Shown here in pieces: positions 47,181-57,566 of a stretch of DNA of 64,000 nucleotides. The DNA comes from an uncultured Mycoplasmatota bacterium (GTDB taxonomy: Bacteria; Bacillota_I; Bacilli_A; RF39; UBA660): positions 26,302-90,301 of the forward strand of contig CAMUZS010000002.1 of the NCBI GenBank assembly GCA_947165285.1, read 5' to 3'. The first letter of the stretch is position 1. Each line of letters opens with the position of its first letter. The notes under the pieces were generated by a model, which did no database searches, was not told where the DNA came from, and saw nothing but the letters and a program-made list of their open reading frames with translations. Both the position numbers and the translations under genes were made by a program.

Positions 47181-49284
47181 TATTATCATCTCTTTCTTCC
47201 ACAATTTCAAAATCAATTGTAGACGTTAATTTACTAGCAGCCACACATTTTACTTTAACTTTATTACCTACACGGTATGATTTTTTTGTGTTTTTACCAA
47301 TCATCGATAAAAGTTCAGGAATATAATTATAGTAATCACCTTTTAAACTACTTATATGTACTAAACCTTCAATTAAATTAGGTAGTTCTACAAAGAAACC
47401 AAAATTAGTAACCCCACTAATTATTCCAATAAATTCTTCTCCAACATGACTTTCCATGAATTCAGCCATTTTTAAAGAATCAACTTCTCTTTCAGCATCA
47501 ACTGCAGCTATTTCTCTTTCAGTAGAATGAGCAGCAACTTCAACTAACGACGTATTTAAAGTATCAATCGTAGTCATAGACATATCATGTTCGATTAAAT
47601 ATTTTTTTAATAATCTGTGAACACAAAGATCTGGAAATCTTCTTATAGGAGAAGTAAAGTGAGTATATGCTTTTGATGCCAAACCAAAATGTCCTAAATT
47701 ATCTTTAGAATACTCTGCCTTTCTCATACTTCTTAAAAGTAATGTTGATAGTATAGTATATTCTTTTTTATCTTGCAACTCTTTTAAAATTCCTTGCATT
47801 GCAAGTGGAGTAAAGTTTTTATAATTTCCTTTTAATCTATATCCAAGTATTTTAACCAAATTTAAAAATTCTTCAACCTTTTCTGGTTTTGGATCTTCAT
47901 GAATACGATAAATAAATGGCAAATCCATATTATATATTGTTTCAGCAACACATTCATTTGCAGCAATCATAAAATCTTCAATTAATTTTTCTCCATCTTC
48001 TCTAACTCTTTTAACTACATCAATTGCATGACCTTCTTCATCTTGAATAATTTTAGCTTCATCTAATTCAAAATCTATGTATCCCCTTTTAATTTTTTCT
48101 TTTCTTAAAATATGAGCTAATTCATTCATTTTTATTAATATATCTTTATATGGTTCATATCCTTCATCAACTTGATTTCTCATTAATATATTATTTACAT
48201 GCTTATAAGTCATTTTTTTATTACTTTTTATAAAACTAGGAAATATTTCATAATTAATTCTTTTTCCAGTTTTATCAAATTCCATAACACATGACATAGT
48301 TAAACGAATAACATTTTCATTTAAAGAACATATTCCATTTGATAATTGATGTGGAATCATTGGAATTACAGTATCAGCAAGATATGAAGACGTACCACGC
48401 TCATATGCAGCATCACCAAGAGCACTATGTTCTTTTACATAATTAGAAACATCGGCTATATGGACACCTAATATATAAGAATCATCTTTAATATTTAAAG
48501 AAATAGCATCATCAATATCTTTAGTATCATCACCATCAATAGTAAAAATAATTTCATTAGTTAAATCTCTACGATTACTTAATTCACTATTATCTACAAT
48601 ATCTGGTATATCTTTTAATTCTTCTTCAACTTCATTACCAAATTCAGGATATATTCCATATTTATAAGCAATAGATAATATATCAACACCTGGATCATCT
48701 TTGTGACCAATAATAGTTAATATATCAGCTCTATATTTATTTTTAGTTAATTCCTTAGTAACTTTAACTAATACTTTATGACCTTCGACAACATTATGAG
48801 CACTATCTGGATTAATCTCAATATCTAATTTTTTCTTTTTATCATCTAAATCAAGATAGATTTTATTATTTTTAAAATAAATTGTTCCAACAAGAGTTTG
48901 TAAATCTCTTTTAATAATTCTTAAAATTCTACCTTCTCTTTTAATCTTTTTATCAACAATTTCACACAATACATCATCACAATCAATTGCACCATTAATA
49001 TTTTTTTCATCAATATATATATCTTCTTCTTTAGGAACACTAACAAATCCAAATCCTTTTTTATTAATAGATAGTTTTCCAATTTTTAAGTTAGTACAAT
49101 TTTTTAATAATATATATTTTTCTTTCTTAGTATAATAAATAATATATTCATTAACCAATTCATTAACTACATCTCTTAAATCACTTAGTTCCTCAGGTGA
49201 TGTATATCCCATTAAATCATTTATCTCAATTAATGACTTTGCTTCATATACATTATCTAATTTTTTTATAACATCTTCTTTCAT
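47155..49284 (-). CDS. rnr: Ribonuclease R
   Basis: 709 aa. RNB catalytic domain (DIDDAISL...; HFGLASKAYTHFTSPIRRFPD) and a C-terminal S1 domain. Confidence 0.9.
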   Translation of the reverse strand: MKEDVIKKLDNVYEAKSLIEINDLMGYTSPEELSDLRDVVNELVNEYIIYYTKKEKYILLKNCTNLKIGKLSINKKGFGFVSVPKEEDIYIDEKNINGAIDCDDVLCEIVDKKIKREGRILRIIKRDLQTLVGTIYFKNNKIYLDLDDKKKKLDIEINPDSAHNVVEGHKVLVKVTKELTKNKYRADILTIIGHKDDPGVDILSIAYKYGIYPEFGNEVEEELKDIPDIVDNSELSNRRDLTNEIIFTIDGDDTKDIDDAISLNIKDDSYILGVHIADVSNYVKEHSALGDAAYERGTSSYLADTVIPMIPHQLSNGICSLNENVIRLTMSCVMEFDKTGKRINYEIFPSFIKSNKKMTYKHVNNILMRNQVDEGYEPYKDILIKMNELAHILRKEKIKRGYIDFELDEAKIIQDEEGHAIDVVKRVREDGEKLIEDFMIAANECVAETIYNMDLPFIYRIHEDPKPEKVEEFLNLVKILGYRLKGNYKNFTPLAMQGILKELQDKKEYTILSTLLLRSMRKAEYSKDNLGHFGLASKAYTHFTSPIRRFPDLCVHRLLKKYLIEHDMSMTTIDTLNTSLVEVAAHSTEREIAAVDAEREVDSLKMAEFMESHVGEEFIGIISGVTNFGFFVELPNLIEGLVHISSLKGDYYNYIPELLSMIGKNTKKSYRVGNKVKVKCVAASKLTSTIDFEIVEERDDNNGDKEQES

Positions 49285-49296
49285 GTAATATCACCT

Positions 49297-50565
49297 TTAT
49301 ATTCTATATTCATTATCATTATCACCAGGTTTTAAAACAGTTGAACTCTTTAATTTAACAATTGGAAGAACCCTAAATCTATTAAAAAATCCATCATATC
49401 CTTGATTACATCTATTATAATAAGAGTAACCAGATAATCCTATATTATTATTAAAATCCTTATTTAAAATATGTATATTATAATTACAACCATATTCATA
49501 GACACTAGTAATAATAAATTTATAATCAAAATCTATATTAAATTTTGATATAACATTATCATTATTAAGAAGAGTTTCATAGTCTTCTTCATAAACAGAA
49601 AAACTAGTAAAATATGTATTATTATAACTACTATAATAATTATTTAATAATTCATCTAATTTATCAATATTTCTAATAACAGAATTAGATACAACATATT
49701 CATTAGATAAAGAAGTAGCAGCTAAAATTGGAGTTTTACCTTTAATAATAACGACCCATTTATTTATTTTTCCATAAGTATCATTTCCAGCATTATAAGT
49801 AACAACATCCCCAACATTTAAATCACTTGGTGAATATTGAAATTCTTGCCAACTAGCATATAAAACCAATCCTCTTGAAAAATACTCTTTACCTTTTAAT
49901 ATTTTACCAGATGAATCAATTACTAAATCTCCATTTCCATTTTCTTGAGAATAATAACCTTTAAATGTACCCCTAGTCTTAGAAGGAACTTCTATTTTAT
50001 CTACAGCACGAGTACAACTTTCATCAAAATAAATACCAGTTTTTGTATTAATATAAATTTCAGGAGTACCAACATTTGTTTGAGTACCTGAACTTAATGT
50101 TACCTTAAAAGTATTACTTCTTGAAAAGTCATTATTATAAGATTCAACTTCATTTACAGAAACTACTTTAGCTTTTTTTTCTAATTTAGAACCTTCACCT
50201 TGCCAATAAATCCATACATAATCATTTTCTAATTTCATTTCTTCATTACTAATTAAATCTGATTCATATAAATTCTGTAAAAGAATAGCACAATATATAG
50301 GTCCAGAATTTTCTCTACAATTTGCAAATAATTCCTCTCTTGAATGATTACCAGAAATAATGCTATTTCTTGTTTCTTCATTAGAATCAACAGCAACTAA
50401 AGCCGCTTCCATTACTTTATTTTTATACTTTTCTTCTTTTTCTTTTTCAGTTTTAGTATTTATATTAGTCATATTAATAAGTATTACAGTTGAAGCTAAT
50501 GCTATTAAAGCAATCGTAGCAATTAATTCAACTAAAGTAAATCCATTTTTTTTCATGACTCTCAC
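49297..50565 (-). CDS. Large type IV pilin/pseudopilin-like protein (prepilin N-terminal methylation motif)
   Basis: N-terminal MKKNG|FTLVELIATIALIALAS is a class-III prepilin signal (G-F-T-L-V-E). It is followed by a Cys-containing domain of about 390 aa. No pilB, pilC or pilD is in the window. Confidence 0.65.
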   Translation of the reverse strand: MRVMKKNGFTLVELIATIALIALASTVILINMTNINTKTEKEKEEKYKNKVMEAALVAVDSNEETRNSIISGNHSREELFANCRENSGPIYCAILLQNLYESDLISNEEMKLENDYVWIYWQGEGSKLEKKAKVVSVNEVESYNNDFSRSNTFKVTLSSGTQTNVGTPEIYINTKTGIYFDESCTRAVDKIEVPSKTRGTFKGYYSQENGNGDLVIDSSGKILKGKEYFSRGLVLYASWQEFQYSPSDLNVGDVVTYNAGNDTYGKINKWVVIIKGKTPILAATSLSNEYVVSNSVIRNIDKLDELLNNYYSSYNNTYFTSFSVYEEDYETLLNNDNVISKFNIDFDYKFIITSVYEYGCNYNIHILNKDFNNNIGLSGYSYYNRCNQGYDGFFNRFRVLPIVKLKSSTVLKPGDNDNEYRI

Positions 50566-50613
50566 CTATTATTAAGTATACAATAAAAATGGCAAAAAAA
50601 AAAGTCATAAGAC

Positions 50614-50841
50614 TTATTTAGTAATAAATAATATAAATGATATAACAAAAAATACTATACCAAAAAAAGCAGTTAATCTTGTTATAAGAAGTTCTAAACC
50701 TCTTTCTTTTTGCTTTTGAAACAAAGCTTCATTTCCACCACTAATTATTTGCCCAGAATCACTAGCCTTATTGCTTTGTAGTAAAACTAGAACAATTATT
50801 AATACAGATATTACTAAAAGTGCGATTTCCATTACTCTCAC
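50614..50841 (-). CDS. secG: Preprotein translocase subunit SecG
   Basis: 75 aa. LLVISVLIIVLVLLQSNKASDSGQIISGGNEALFQKQKERGLE matches the SecG consensus (LLQ.GKG.G.S..FG). Confidence 0.8.
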   Translation of the reverse strand: MRVMEIALLVISVLIIVLVLLQSNKASDSGQIISGGNEALFQKQKERGLELLITRLTAFFGIVFFVISFILFITK

Positions 50842-50899
50842 TTCCTTTTCACAATAAATAATTTACCATAAATATAGAAAATTTGCAAGAAAAAAGCAA

Positions 50900-51172
50900 T
50901 TATAGATGTTCTATAATTGCCATATTCTTATCAATTTTATCAATTAAGTCATTTATATCATATTTACTAAAAATTTCTTGAAAATTAGAACTGTCCATTA
51001 AAAACATAGGATAATATGTTTTAAAAATATCTTTATAGTTTGAAATACCCAATTCTTTTAAATATTCAATATTTGATTTAACTACATCTTGATTATTTTC
51101 TAAATCATTTTTTAATTCACTAGGAATACTAATATTTTCTAAATTTTCATCAATAAAACTCATTTTTATCAC
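50900..51172 (-). CDS. Small hypothetical protein with a single mTERF-like helical repeat
   Basis: NIEYLKELGISNYKDIFKTYYPMFLM resembles the mTERF repeat pattern (fL.s.G.s...i.k.yP.il). A weak call. Confidence 0.3.
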   Translation of the reverse strand: MIKMSFIDENLENISIPSELKNDLENNQDVVKSNIEYLKELGISNYKDIFKTYYPMFLMDSSNFQEIFSKYDINDLIDKIDKNMAIIEHL

Positions 51173-53164
51173 CTATTTAACCTTTAAATTTAATATATCT
51201 AAAACTAAATTCATGTTATCTTCAGATAATCTCGAATCATGTAATAAACTAGCTAATAAAACCAATTCCTTACTAGCATCACCAAATATTGATAATAAAT
51301 AATTTATACTTCTATTAACTTTATTTTTAGAAAAAGATATTCCAGAAATAACATAACTATTTTCAGTTTCTTTATATTTACCTTTTATAGTTTTTAAAAC
51401 ACTTACATAATCATCTAAATAATTGTTACTAGCTAATTCAAAATTATCATTTATCTTATCAAGTTCATCAATTAATTCTTCATTATTAAGTAATTTCTTA
51501 GCAACACTATTAGTTTTATCCCTATCTAATATCTCATTTAATTCAACTTTTTTCTCTAAAACTTTATCTAGAACCTCTTGTCTTAATACAAATGATTGAT
51601 AAACACACTTATTATGACTTACAGTTTTATATGGAATTTCACTTCTTTTTAAAAATAACAATCTGTTAACTAATTCAACAATATTGGAAACTAATACTTC
51701 AGGATAATATTTTAATAAGTCTTCCTCACCAACGTTTATTATCATATCCATTCTATTTGCTAACTCTACTGGAGATAAAGTTAAATCCATTAATGCAATT
51801 TTACCATCACTTTTTTTAAGATTAACATGATAATCTAATAATATTTGTAATGATTTTTTAAAATCAACAGGATTTAATGATAATACTGGAGCAAATTTAG
51901 ATATTTGATCATCATCTAAAACAATGTTATTTTCTTTTAACTCAATATAATTTCTTAATAATGGTTGTAATCCTTTTAGATACATTGATAATGGAATTAA
52001 TTTAGGATTAATATCATTTTTATTTAAAACATCAATTAACTTCTCAATATCATCACTAGAATAACTTACCAATATTTCAGGACTTAATTTAATATCATCA
52101 TCAGTTTTTCCTAATTTATCTATAATAAGTGAATATTTATTCTTAAGTGAATTATCACCTAAAATACTAGGATAATCATATACAAAATCAATATTTAAAT
52201 CCTTAGATTTTAGAAATTCAACATTTTCTTTTAATAATTCTTCATTTACATCTAAATCTTCTTCATTAAACTTAGAACAATCAAATCCATTATCAGTTAA
52301 AATTGATTTTATTTTATCAAAATCTCTCATTGGGGCAACATCTACTGGAGATAGTTTAACATCTTCATCATTATCTTCCAATACAATTTCAGAATTATCA
52401 TTAGTATCTGAGTCATCATCAATTTTTGCATCTTCTATAACTGGTTCAACAAAACTTTCTTCTTCGTTTTCTTGAACTTCATCTATTTCATTATTTTCTT
52501 CTTCTTGCTCTTCAACTATCTCTTCATTTTGAACAGTAGTTTCAACTGCATTATCTTTATTTTCAAAATAAGGAATTAAGTCATCCTCTGGGAATAAAAT
52601 GATTTTTGCAGCAGCCATTGCATCACTATCTTCAAAACCAACGTGTGCTAAAGTTTCTATTACTTCGTCTCTTGTTTTATTAATATTACCTGTTTTAGCT
52701 AATTCAATCAATTCAATTAAATTTTCTTGATATCTCTTAGCATCAGATAATTGCATATCTAATTTTGAAAGTTCATCTTCAGCATTCTTAATAACATTAG
52801 TAGAATCATTTACTTTATCAGTTAATTCCTTTATATTACTTTCTAACTCTTCAATTCTTTCAGGAATCTTTTTTAACTCACTTTTTAAATTTTCTAATAA
52901 ATTAACCGAGTTTCCCAATTTTTCAAGTCCTGGCATAAATGTATCAATATTAGCAAATCTTTCATTTAATTCAGAGGCTTTACTAATATCATCTATATCT
53001 TTTTGAATATCTTTTATATTTTTTTCAAAAGATTTCTTTTCTTCCTCTGCATTATTTTTACTATCTTGGGCTCTATCGATTCTCTTATTAAATGATTCTA
53101 AAATTAAACTTTCATCACTAGTTAGATTGTTAATTTTATCTAAAATATCACTAGTACCATTCAT
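51173..53164 (-). CDS. Hypothetical 663-aa protein: N-terminal coiled coil, acidic linker, C-terminal array of mTERF-like helical repeats
   Basis: N-terminal heptad-rich region, then a poly-E/D linker. Repeats of about 30 aa follow: VEFLKSKDLNIDFVYDYPSIL / IIDKLGKTDDDIKLSPEILV / LIDVLNKNDINPKLIPLSMYL. Confidence 0.35.
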   Translation of the reverse strand: MNGTSDILDKINNLTSDESLILESFNKRIDRAQDSKNNAEEEKKSFEKNIKDIQKDIDDISKASELNERFANIDTFMPGLEKLGNSVNLLENLKSELKKIPERIEELESNIKELTDKVNDSTNVIKNAEDELSKLDMQLSDAKRYQENLIELIELAKTGNINKTRDEVIETLAHVGFEDSDAMAAAKIILFPEDDLIPYFENKDNAVETTVQNEEIVEEQEEENNEIDEVQENEEESFVEPVIEDAKIDDDSDTNDNSEIVLEDNDEDVKLSPVDVAPMRDFDKIKSILTDNGFDCSKFNEEDLDVNEELLKENVEFLKSKDLNIDFVYDYPSILGDNSLKNKYSLIIDKLGKTDDDIKLSPEILVSYSSDDIEKLIDVLNKNDINPKLIPLSMYLKGLQPLLRNYIELKENNIVLDDDQISKFAPVLSLNPVDFKKSLQILLDYHVNLKKSDGKIALMDLTLSPVELANRMDMIINVGEEDLLKYYPEVLVSNIVELVNRLLFLKRSEIPYKTVSHNKCVYQSFVLRQEVLDKVLEKKVELNEILDRDKTNSVAKKLLNNEELIDELDKINDNFELASNNYLDDYVSVLKTIKGKYKETENSYVISGISFSKNKVNRSINYLLSIFGDASKELVLLASLLHDSRLSEDNMNLVLDILNLKVK

Positions 53165-53232
53165 AATAGCACACTCCTTTATTATTCTTTTTAATTATAG
53201 CAAATATAATAATAGTTGTAAATCAAAATCTA

Positions 53233-53270
53233 TAAAAAATAAAAACAATTTATACATTTATATAAATTGT
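53233..53270 (-). terminator. Rho-independent terminator of the pheST operon
   Basis: 10-bp stem acaatttata-cattta-tataaattgt (53245-53270), with an A-run upstream on the plus strand giving a U-run on the minus-strand transcript. Confidence 0.6.
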
Positions 53271-53296
53271 CTTTATTTTTTATATTTATATTATTT

Positions 53297-55672
53297 TTAC
53301 TTATCTCTTAATATTGCATTAAATTTTGATGTAACATTGCTTATTATTTTATTAAATACTTCCATTACTTCATCATCACTTAATGTCCTTGTTGGATCTG
53401 AAAAGATTAAATTAAATGCTATTGATTTTTCATCATTTCCAACATTATCTCCAGTATAAACATCAAATATATCAATACTTGTTAATAATCTTCCACCACT
53501 TTTTTTAATAGTATCAATTATTTCTCCAGCTGTTATTTCTTTTTTTACAATAAATGCCATATCTTTAGCTATTTCAGGATATTTTGATGCTTCCTTAAAT
53601 TTAAGTGATTTTACAATAAATTGATTTAATAATGTCATAGAAAATTCACAAACATATACTTCATCTTTTAATAACGCTGGATGAACTCTACCTATAATTC
53701 CAATTTGTTGTTTATCAATTAATATAGATGCACATACGCCAGGATGTAACTCTTTTACTTCTGCTTTTTCAAATGAATATCTATTTTTAAAACCTAAATA
53801 TTTAAATAGATTTTCTAATATTCCTTTAAGAACATAAAAATCATCCTTAACAATTACTTTATTTACTAGATTACTAATATAATTACCTTTTAACAAAATA
53901 GCTACTTTTTGATCCTCTTGATATTTACTATCATAAGTTTTTGCTATTTCGTATATATTAATATCATTAACTTTTCTAGCTTTATTATATTCATATGTTT
54001 GAATTAATGAAGGTATTAAAGATAATCTTAAAGCTTCTTTATCACTGGACATTGGATTAGGTAATAATAACACATCTTTATTGTCATAATTAAACATATT
54101 TGCTTGTTTAGAAGTAACTAATGTATAATTTCTATCTTCATTTAATCCTAAATTTCTTAATCTTCTTGAAATAGATTTTCTGATTGCTACATCACCAACA
54201 TAAACTCCCCTTTTAGTAGGAACTACAGGTAATGTATCTTTTAAATTATTATAACCATATAATCTTCCAATTTCTTCAGCTATATCTGCTTTATTAGGTT
54301 CAACATCTAATCTTCTTCTAGGAATAATTATATGAAAAATTCCATCATTTAATTCATATTCAAAATCTAATTTTTCAAGTTGCTCTTTAACATCATCATC
54401 ATTCATTTCCATACCTAAAACATTATTTAAATCCATAGTTGTAACATCTACTGTTTTTAAAGTTTTATCAATTTTATCATGCAATACTTGACCTGATAAA
54501 ACTTCTCCACTTGCATATTCCTCTAAAAGTGAACAACATCTATTCATTGCCTCAATAGTATATTCATAGTTCAATCCTTTTCCATATCTTTTTGAAGCCT
54601 CTGATTTTAAATTTAATCTAGCTGAAGTTTTAGTTATTGAAAATGCATCAAATATAGCAGCTTCTATAAAAATATTCTTAGTATTATCATCAACTTCAGT
54701 ATTAAGCCCACCCATAACACCTGCAATACATGTAGGATTAGTTCCATCAGTAATAACAATATCATTAGGTGTAAGTATTCTTTCAACTTCATCAAGCGTA
54801 ACTAATTTTTCATTTTCTTTAGCATCCCTTACAGTAACAACTTTTCCAAGCTTATCTGCATCAAAGAAATGTGTTGGTTGACCATATTCAAGCATTACAA
54901 AGTTAGAAATATCAACAACATTATTTATAGGTCTCATTCCAGCTGCAACTAATCTCTTCTTTATCCATTCTGGAGATTCACCAATTTTAACATTTCTAAC
55001 CATTTTTCCTAAGTAATAAGGACATCTTATAGTTTCAACACTTAAACTAATATAATTATTAACATCATCATTAACTTCTTTAAATTCTATTTTTGGATAA
55101 TTAACTCTTTTCCCTAAAACAGTACCTATTTCATGAGCAAATCCAATATGATAATAACAATCATTATTTCTATGTTTATGAACATCCAAATCATATAATG
55201 TATCTTCTAATCCTAAATATTCTAATGGATCCTCACCAACTGGAGCATCACTTGGTAATTCTTCAATTCCTTTATTATAATTTTCTTCATTTTTTTCTTC
55301 TAAACCAAGTTCAAACAAAGCACATATCATACCATTAGATTCTTCACCACGAATTTTACCACTCTTTATTTCAAAATTTCCAGGTAAAATAGCACCAGGC
55401 AAAGCAACAATTACTTTAATACCTTTTCTTACATTAGCTGCACCGCAAACTATTTGAATAATCTCTTTTCCAACATTAACCTTACACACATGTAAATGAT
55501 CAGAATCTGGATGATCAACACATTCAAGGACTTCTCCAATAACTAAATTATCAATATGATTTGAAATAACAGCTTCAACATTAATTCCAGCTTTAGTTAC
55601 TTTTTGAGCTAATTGTTTTAAATCTTCTCCTTCAAGATCTATATAATCTTTTACCCAATTAATTGATATCAT
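53297..55672 (-). CDS. pheT: Phenylalanyl-tRNA synthetase beta subunit
   Basis: The true start is MISINWVKDYIDL, the typical PheT N-terminus with a tRNA-binding domain. B3/4, B5 and FDX-ACB regions follow. Confidence 0.95.
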   Translation of the reverse strand: MISINWVKDYIDLEGEDLKQLAQKVTKAGINVEAVISNHIDNLVIGEVLECVDHPDSDHLHVCKVNVGKEIIQIVCGAANVRKGIKVIVALPGAILPGNFEIKSGKIRGEESNGMICALFELGLEEKNEENYNKGIEELPSDAPVGEDPLEYLGLEDTLYDLDVHKHRNNDCYYHIGFAHEIGTVLGKRVNYPKIEFKEVNDDVNNYISLSVETIRCPYYLGKMVRNVKIGESPEWIKKRLVAAGMRPINNVVDISNFVMLEYGQPTHFFDADKLGKVVTVRDAKENEKLVTLDEVERILTPNDIVITDGTNPTCIAGVMGGLNTEVDDNTKNIFIEAAIFDAFSITKTSARLNLKSEASKRYGKGLNYEYTIEAMNRCCSLLEEYASGEVLSGQVLHDKIDKTLKTVDVTTMDLNNVLGMEMNDDDVKEQLEKLDFEYELNDGIFHIIIPRRRLDVEPNKADIAEEIGRLYGYNNLKDTLPVVPTKRGVYVGDVAIRKSISRRLRNLGLNEDRNYTLVTSKQANMFNYDNKDVLLLPNPMSSDKEALRLSLIPSLIQTYEYNKARKVNDINIYEIAKTYDSKYQEDQKVAILLKGNYISNLVNKVIVKDDFYVLKGILENLFKYLGFKNRYSFEKAEVKELHPGVCASILIDKQQIGIIGRVHPALLKDEVYVCEFSMTLLNQFIVKSLKFKEASKYPEIAKDMAFIVKKEITAGEIIDTIKKSGGRLLTSIDIFDVYTGDNVGNDEKSIAFNLIFSDPTRTLSDDEVMEVFNKIISNVTSKFNAILRDK

Positions 55673-55673
55673 A

Positions 55674-56720
55674 TTAGTTGTCCTCCCTTCTATCAAAAGG
55701 TTTAGTCTCTCTTAAATCAGTATTATAAAAAGTTCTAATATCATTAATTCCATATTTTAACATTGCACATCTTTCTGCACCAAAACCAAAAGCAAAACCA
55801 GACCATATTTTAGGATCATAACCACAACCCTTTAAAACATTGTAATGAACTACTCCAGCTCCACCAATAGTAATCCATCCAGTATTTTTACAAATATTAC
55901 AACCTTTTCCCTTACAATTAAAACATGAAATGTCCATTTCAACAGATGGTTCAGTAAATTGATAATATGATGGTCTAAATCTTGTTACTGTATCATCACC
56001 AAATAATTTTTTACATATTATTGAAACAGTACCCTTTAAATCAGATAATTTAATATTTTTATCAACAATTAAACCTTCAATTTGAGTAAATTGATGAGAG
56101 TGAGTCGCATCATCATCATCTCTACGATAAGCTTTACCAGGACAAATAATTCTTACTGGCTCTTTACCCTCTTTAGATAACATTGTTCTAGCTTGTACTG
56201 GAGATGTATGAGATCTAAGCAATAATTCATCATCTTTAACATAAAAAGTATCTTGAGCATCCCTAGCTGGATGACCTTTAGGAAGACCTAATAATTCAAA
56301 ATTAAACCTATCTTCTTCAAGTTCTGGTCCATCAACAACATCATATCCCATTGACATAAAAACACTTTCAAAATCTTCAATAACACGTTCTAATATATTA
56401 GGAGATCCAACAACAATTTCAGTAGCAGGTAATGAAATATCAATAGATTCCTTTTCTAATTTTTCATTTAATAAATTATTGTTAATAACTTCTTCTTTAT
56501 TAACAATTAAATCAGTTACTTCATTTTTTAAATTATTAACTAATTGTCCAATACTTTTTCTTTCTTCTTGAGAATAATCTTTCATATTCTTCATCAATTC
56601 AGTAATACATCCTGATTTACCAATGTACTTTGCTTTTAAATCAACAATGTCTTGTAACTTATTAACATTATCTAAATCACTCTTTAGATTTAACTTAATT
56701 TGATTTATTTTTTCTTCCAT
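55674..56720 (-). CDS. pheS: Phenylalanyl-tRNA synthetase alpha subunit
   Basis: The true start is MEEKINQIKL. Class II core (FRPSYYQFTEPSVEMD; GGAGVVHYNVL). The ORF-track N-terminal extension runs into the T-box leader. Confidence 0.95.
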   Translation of the reverse strand: MEEKINQIKLNLKSDLDNVNKLQDIVDLKAKYIGKSGCITELMKNMKDYSQEERKSIGQLVNNLKNEVTDLIVNKEEVINNNLLNEKLEKESIDISLPATEIVVGSPNILERVIEDFESVFMSMGYDVVDGPELEEDRFNFELLGLPKGHPARDAQDTFYVKDDELLLRSHTSPVQARTMLSKEGKEPVRIICPGKAYRRDDDDATHSHQFTQIEGLIVDKNIKLSDLKGTVSIICKKLFGDDTVTRFRPSYYQFTEPSVEMDISCFNCKGKGCNICKNTGWITIGGAGVVHYNVLKGCGYDPKIWSGFAFGFGAERCAMLKYGINDIRTFYNTDLRETKPFDRREDN

Positions 56721-56740
56721 AACAATCTTCCTTTCAAAAA

Positions 56741-56995
56741 AATAAAAAACCCAGAATATGGGACGACAAAATGCCGCGGTACCACCCAAATTCTAGATTT
56801 ACTAGCACTTTAATAGAATAACGCCCTATTAGCGATTATAAACTCCATTTATTGAAAATTCATTATTAAATTATATTATATTGTCTCACCAAATCAATAT
56901 ATCTCTGTAAAAATAAATATAATAACTACTTTATAAATATCAACATTTATTTATATGGATATTATAACACATTTTATTATAAAATAAAGAAAAAA
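56741..56995 (-). promoter_or_regulatory. T-box riboswitch leader (Phe specifier UUC) with terminator, upstream of pheST
   Basis: Minus strand: AGTAAA box, a tTTCt specifier region, the conserved T-box aatttGGGTGGTACCGCGGc, then the terminator hairpin cccatattctggg plus a U-run. Confidence 0.8.
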
Positions 56996-57005
56996 ACTGA
57001 AAATA

Positions 57006-57545
57006 CTAATAATTTTCAGCCTTAATTTCAAAATAACTTTGAGGATGAGCACATACAGGACAAACATTAGGTGCTTTTTTACCAATTACAACATGTCCAC
57101 AGTTTCTACAAATCCAAATCTTATCTTCATCTTTAGAAAATACTACTTCATCATCAATATTTTGAAGTAATTTTCTATATCTTTCTTCATGATGCTTTTC
57201 TATTTCTCCAACCATTCTAAATTTTGCAGCAATATCTGTAAATCCTTCTTCTTCAGCAGTTTTAGCAAAACCATCATACATATCTGTCCATTCATAATTT
57301 TCACCATCAGCTGCAGCTTTTAAATTTTCAGTAGTAGTTGGAATAACACCACCATTTAATTCCTTAAACCACATTTTAGCATGTTCTTTTTCATTATTTG
57401 CAGTTTCTTCAAATATAGCAGCTATTTGCTCATATCCATCTTTTTTAGCTTTAGAAGCAAAATAAGTATATTTATTTCTAGCTTGAGATTCTCCAGCAAA
57501 AGCAGCCATTAAATTCTTTTCAGTTTGACTTCCCTTTAGTTCCAT
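57006..57545 (-). CDS. rbr: Rubrerythrin
   Basis: Ferritin-like di-iron motifs (E..H) and a C-terminal rubredoxin-like CRNCGH...CPVCAHP. Confidence 0.9.
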   Translation of the reverse strand: MELKGSQTEKNLMAAFAGESQARNKYTYFASKAKKDGYEQIAAIFEETANNEKEHAKMWFKELNGGVIPTTTENLKAAADGENYEWTDMYDGFAKTAEEEGFTDIAAKFRMVGEIEKHHEERYRKLLQNIDDEVVFSKDEDKIWICRNCGHVVIGKKAPNVCPVCAHPQSYFEIKAENY

Positions 57546-57566
57546 TATTATTACCTCCTAATAAAA

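Noticed and set aside
11581-53459. Short ORFs in the six-frame track lying antisense to or inside long genes. Examples: 11581-11796, 13503-13751, 13860-14483, 15545-15745, 17369-17578, 18627-18842, 20089-20304, 21613-21801, 23248-23469, 24409-24750, 27427-27612, 28252-28440, 28385-28573, 31390-31620, 36254-36466, 38596-38844, 50360-50575, 53127-53459. Also 60891-61079.
   Set aside because: Each is fully embedded in, and antisense to, a well-supported conserved gene. Their composition is low-complexity (F/L/I/S-rich), as expected from the reverse complement of AT-rich coding DNA. None has an RBS or a recognisable motif.
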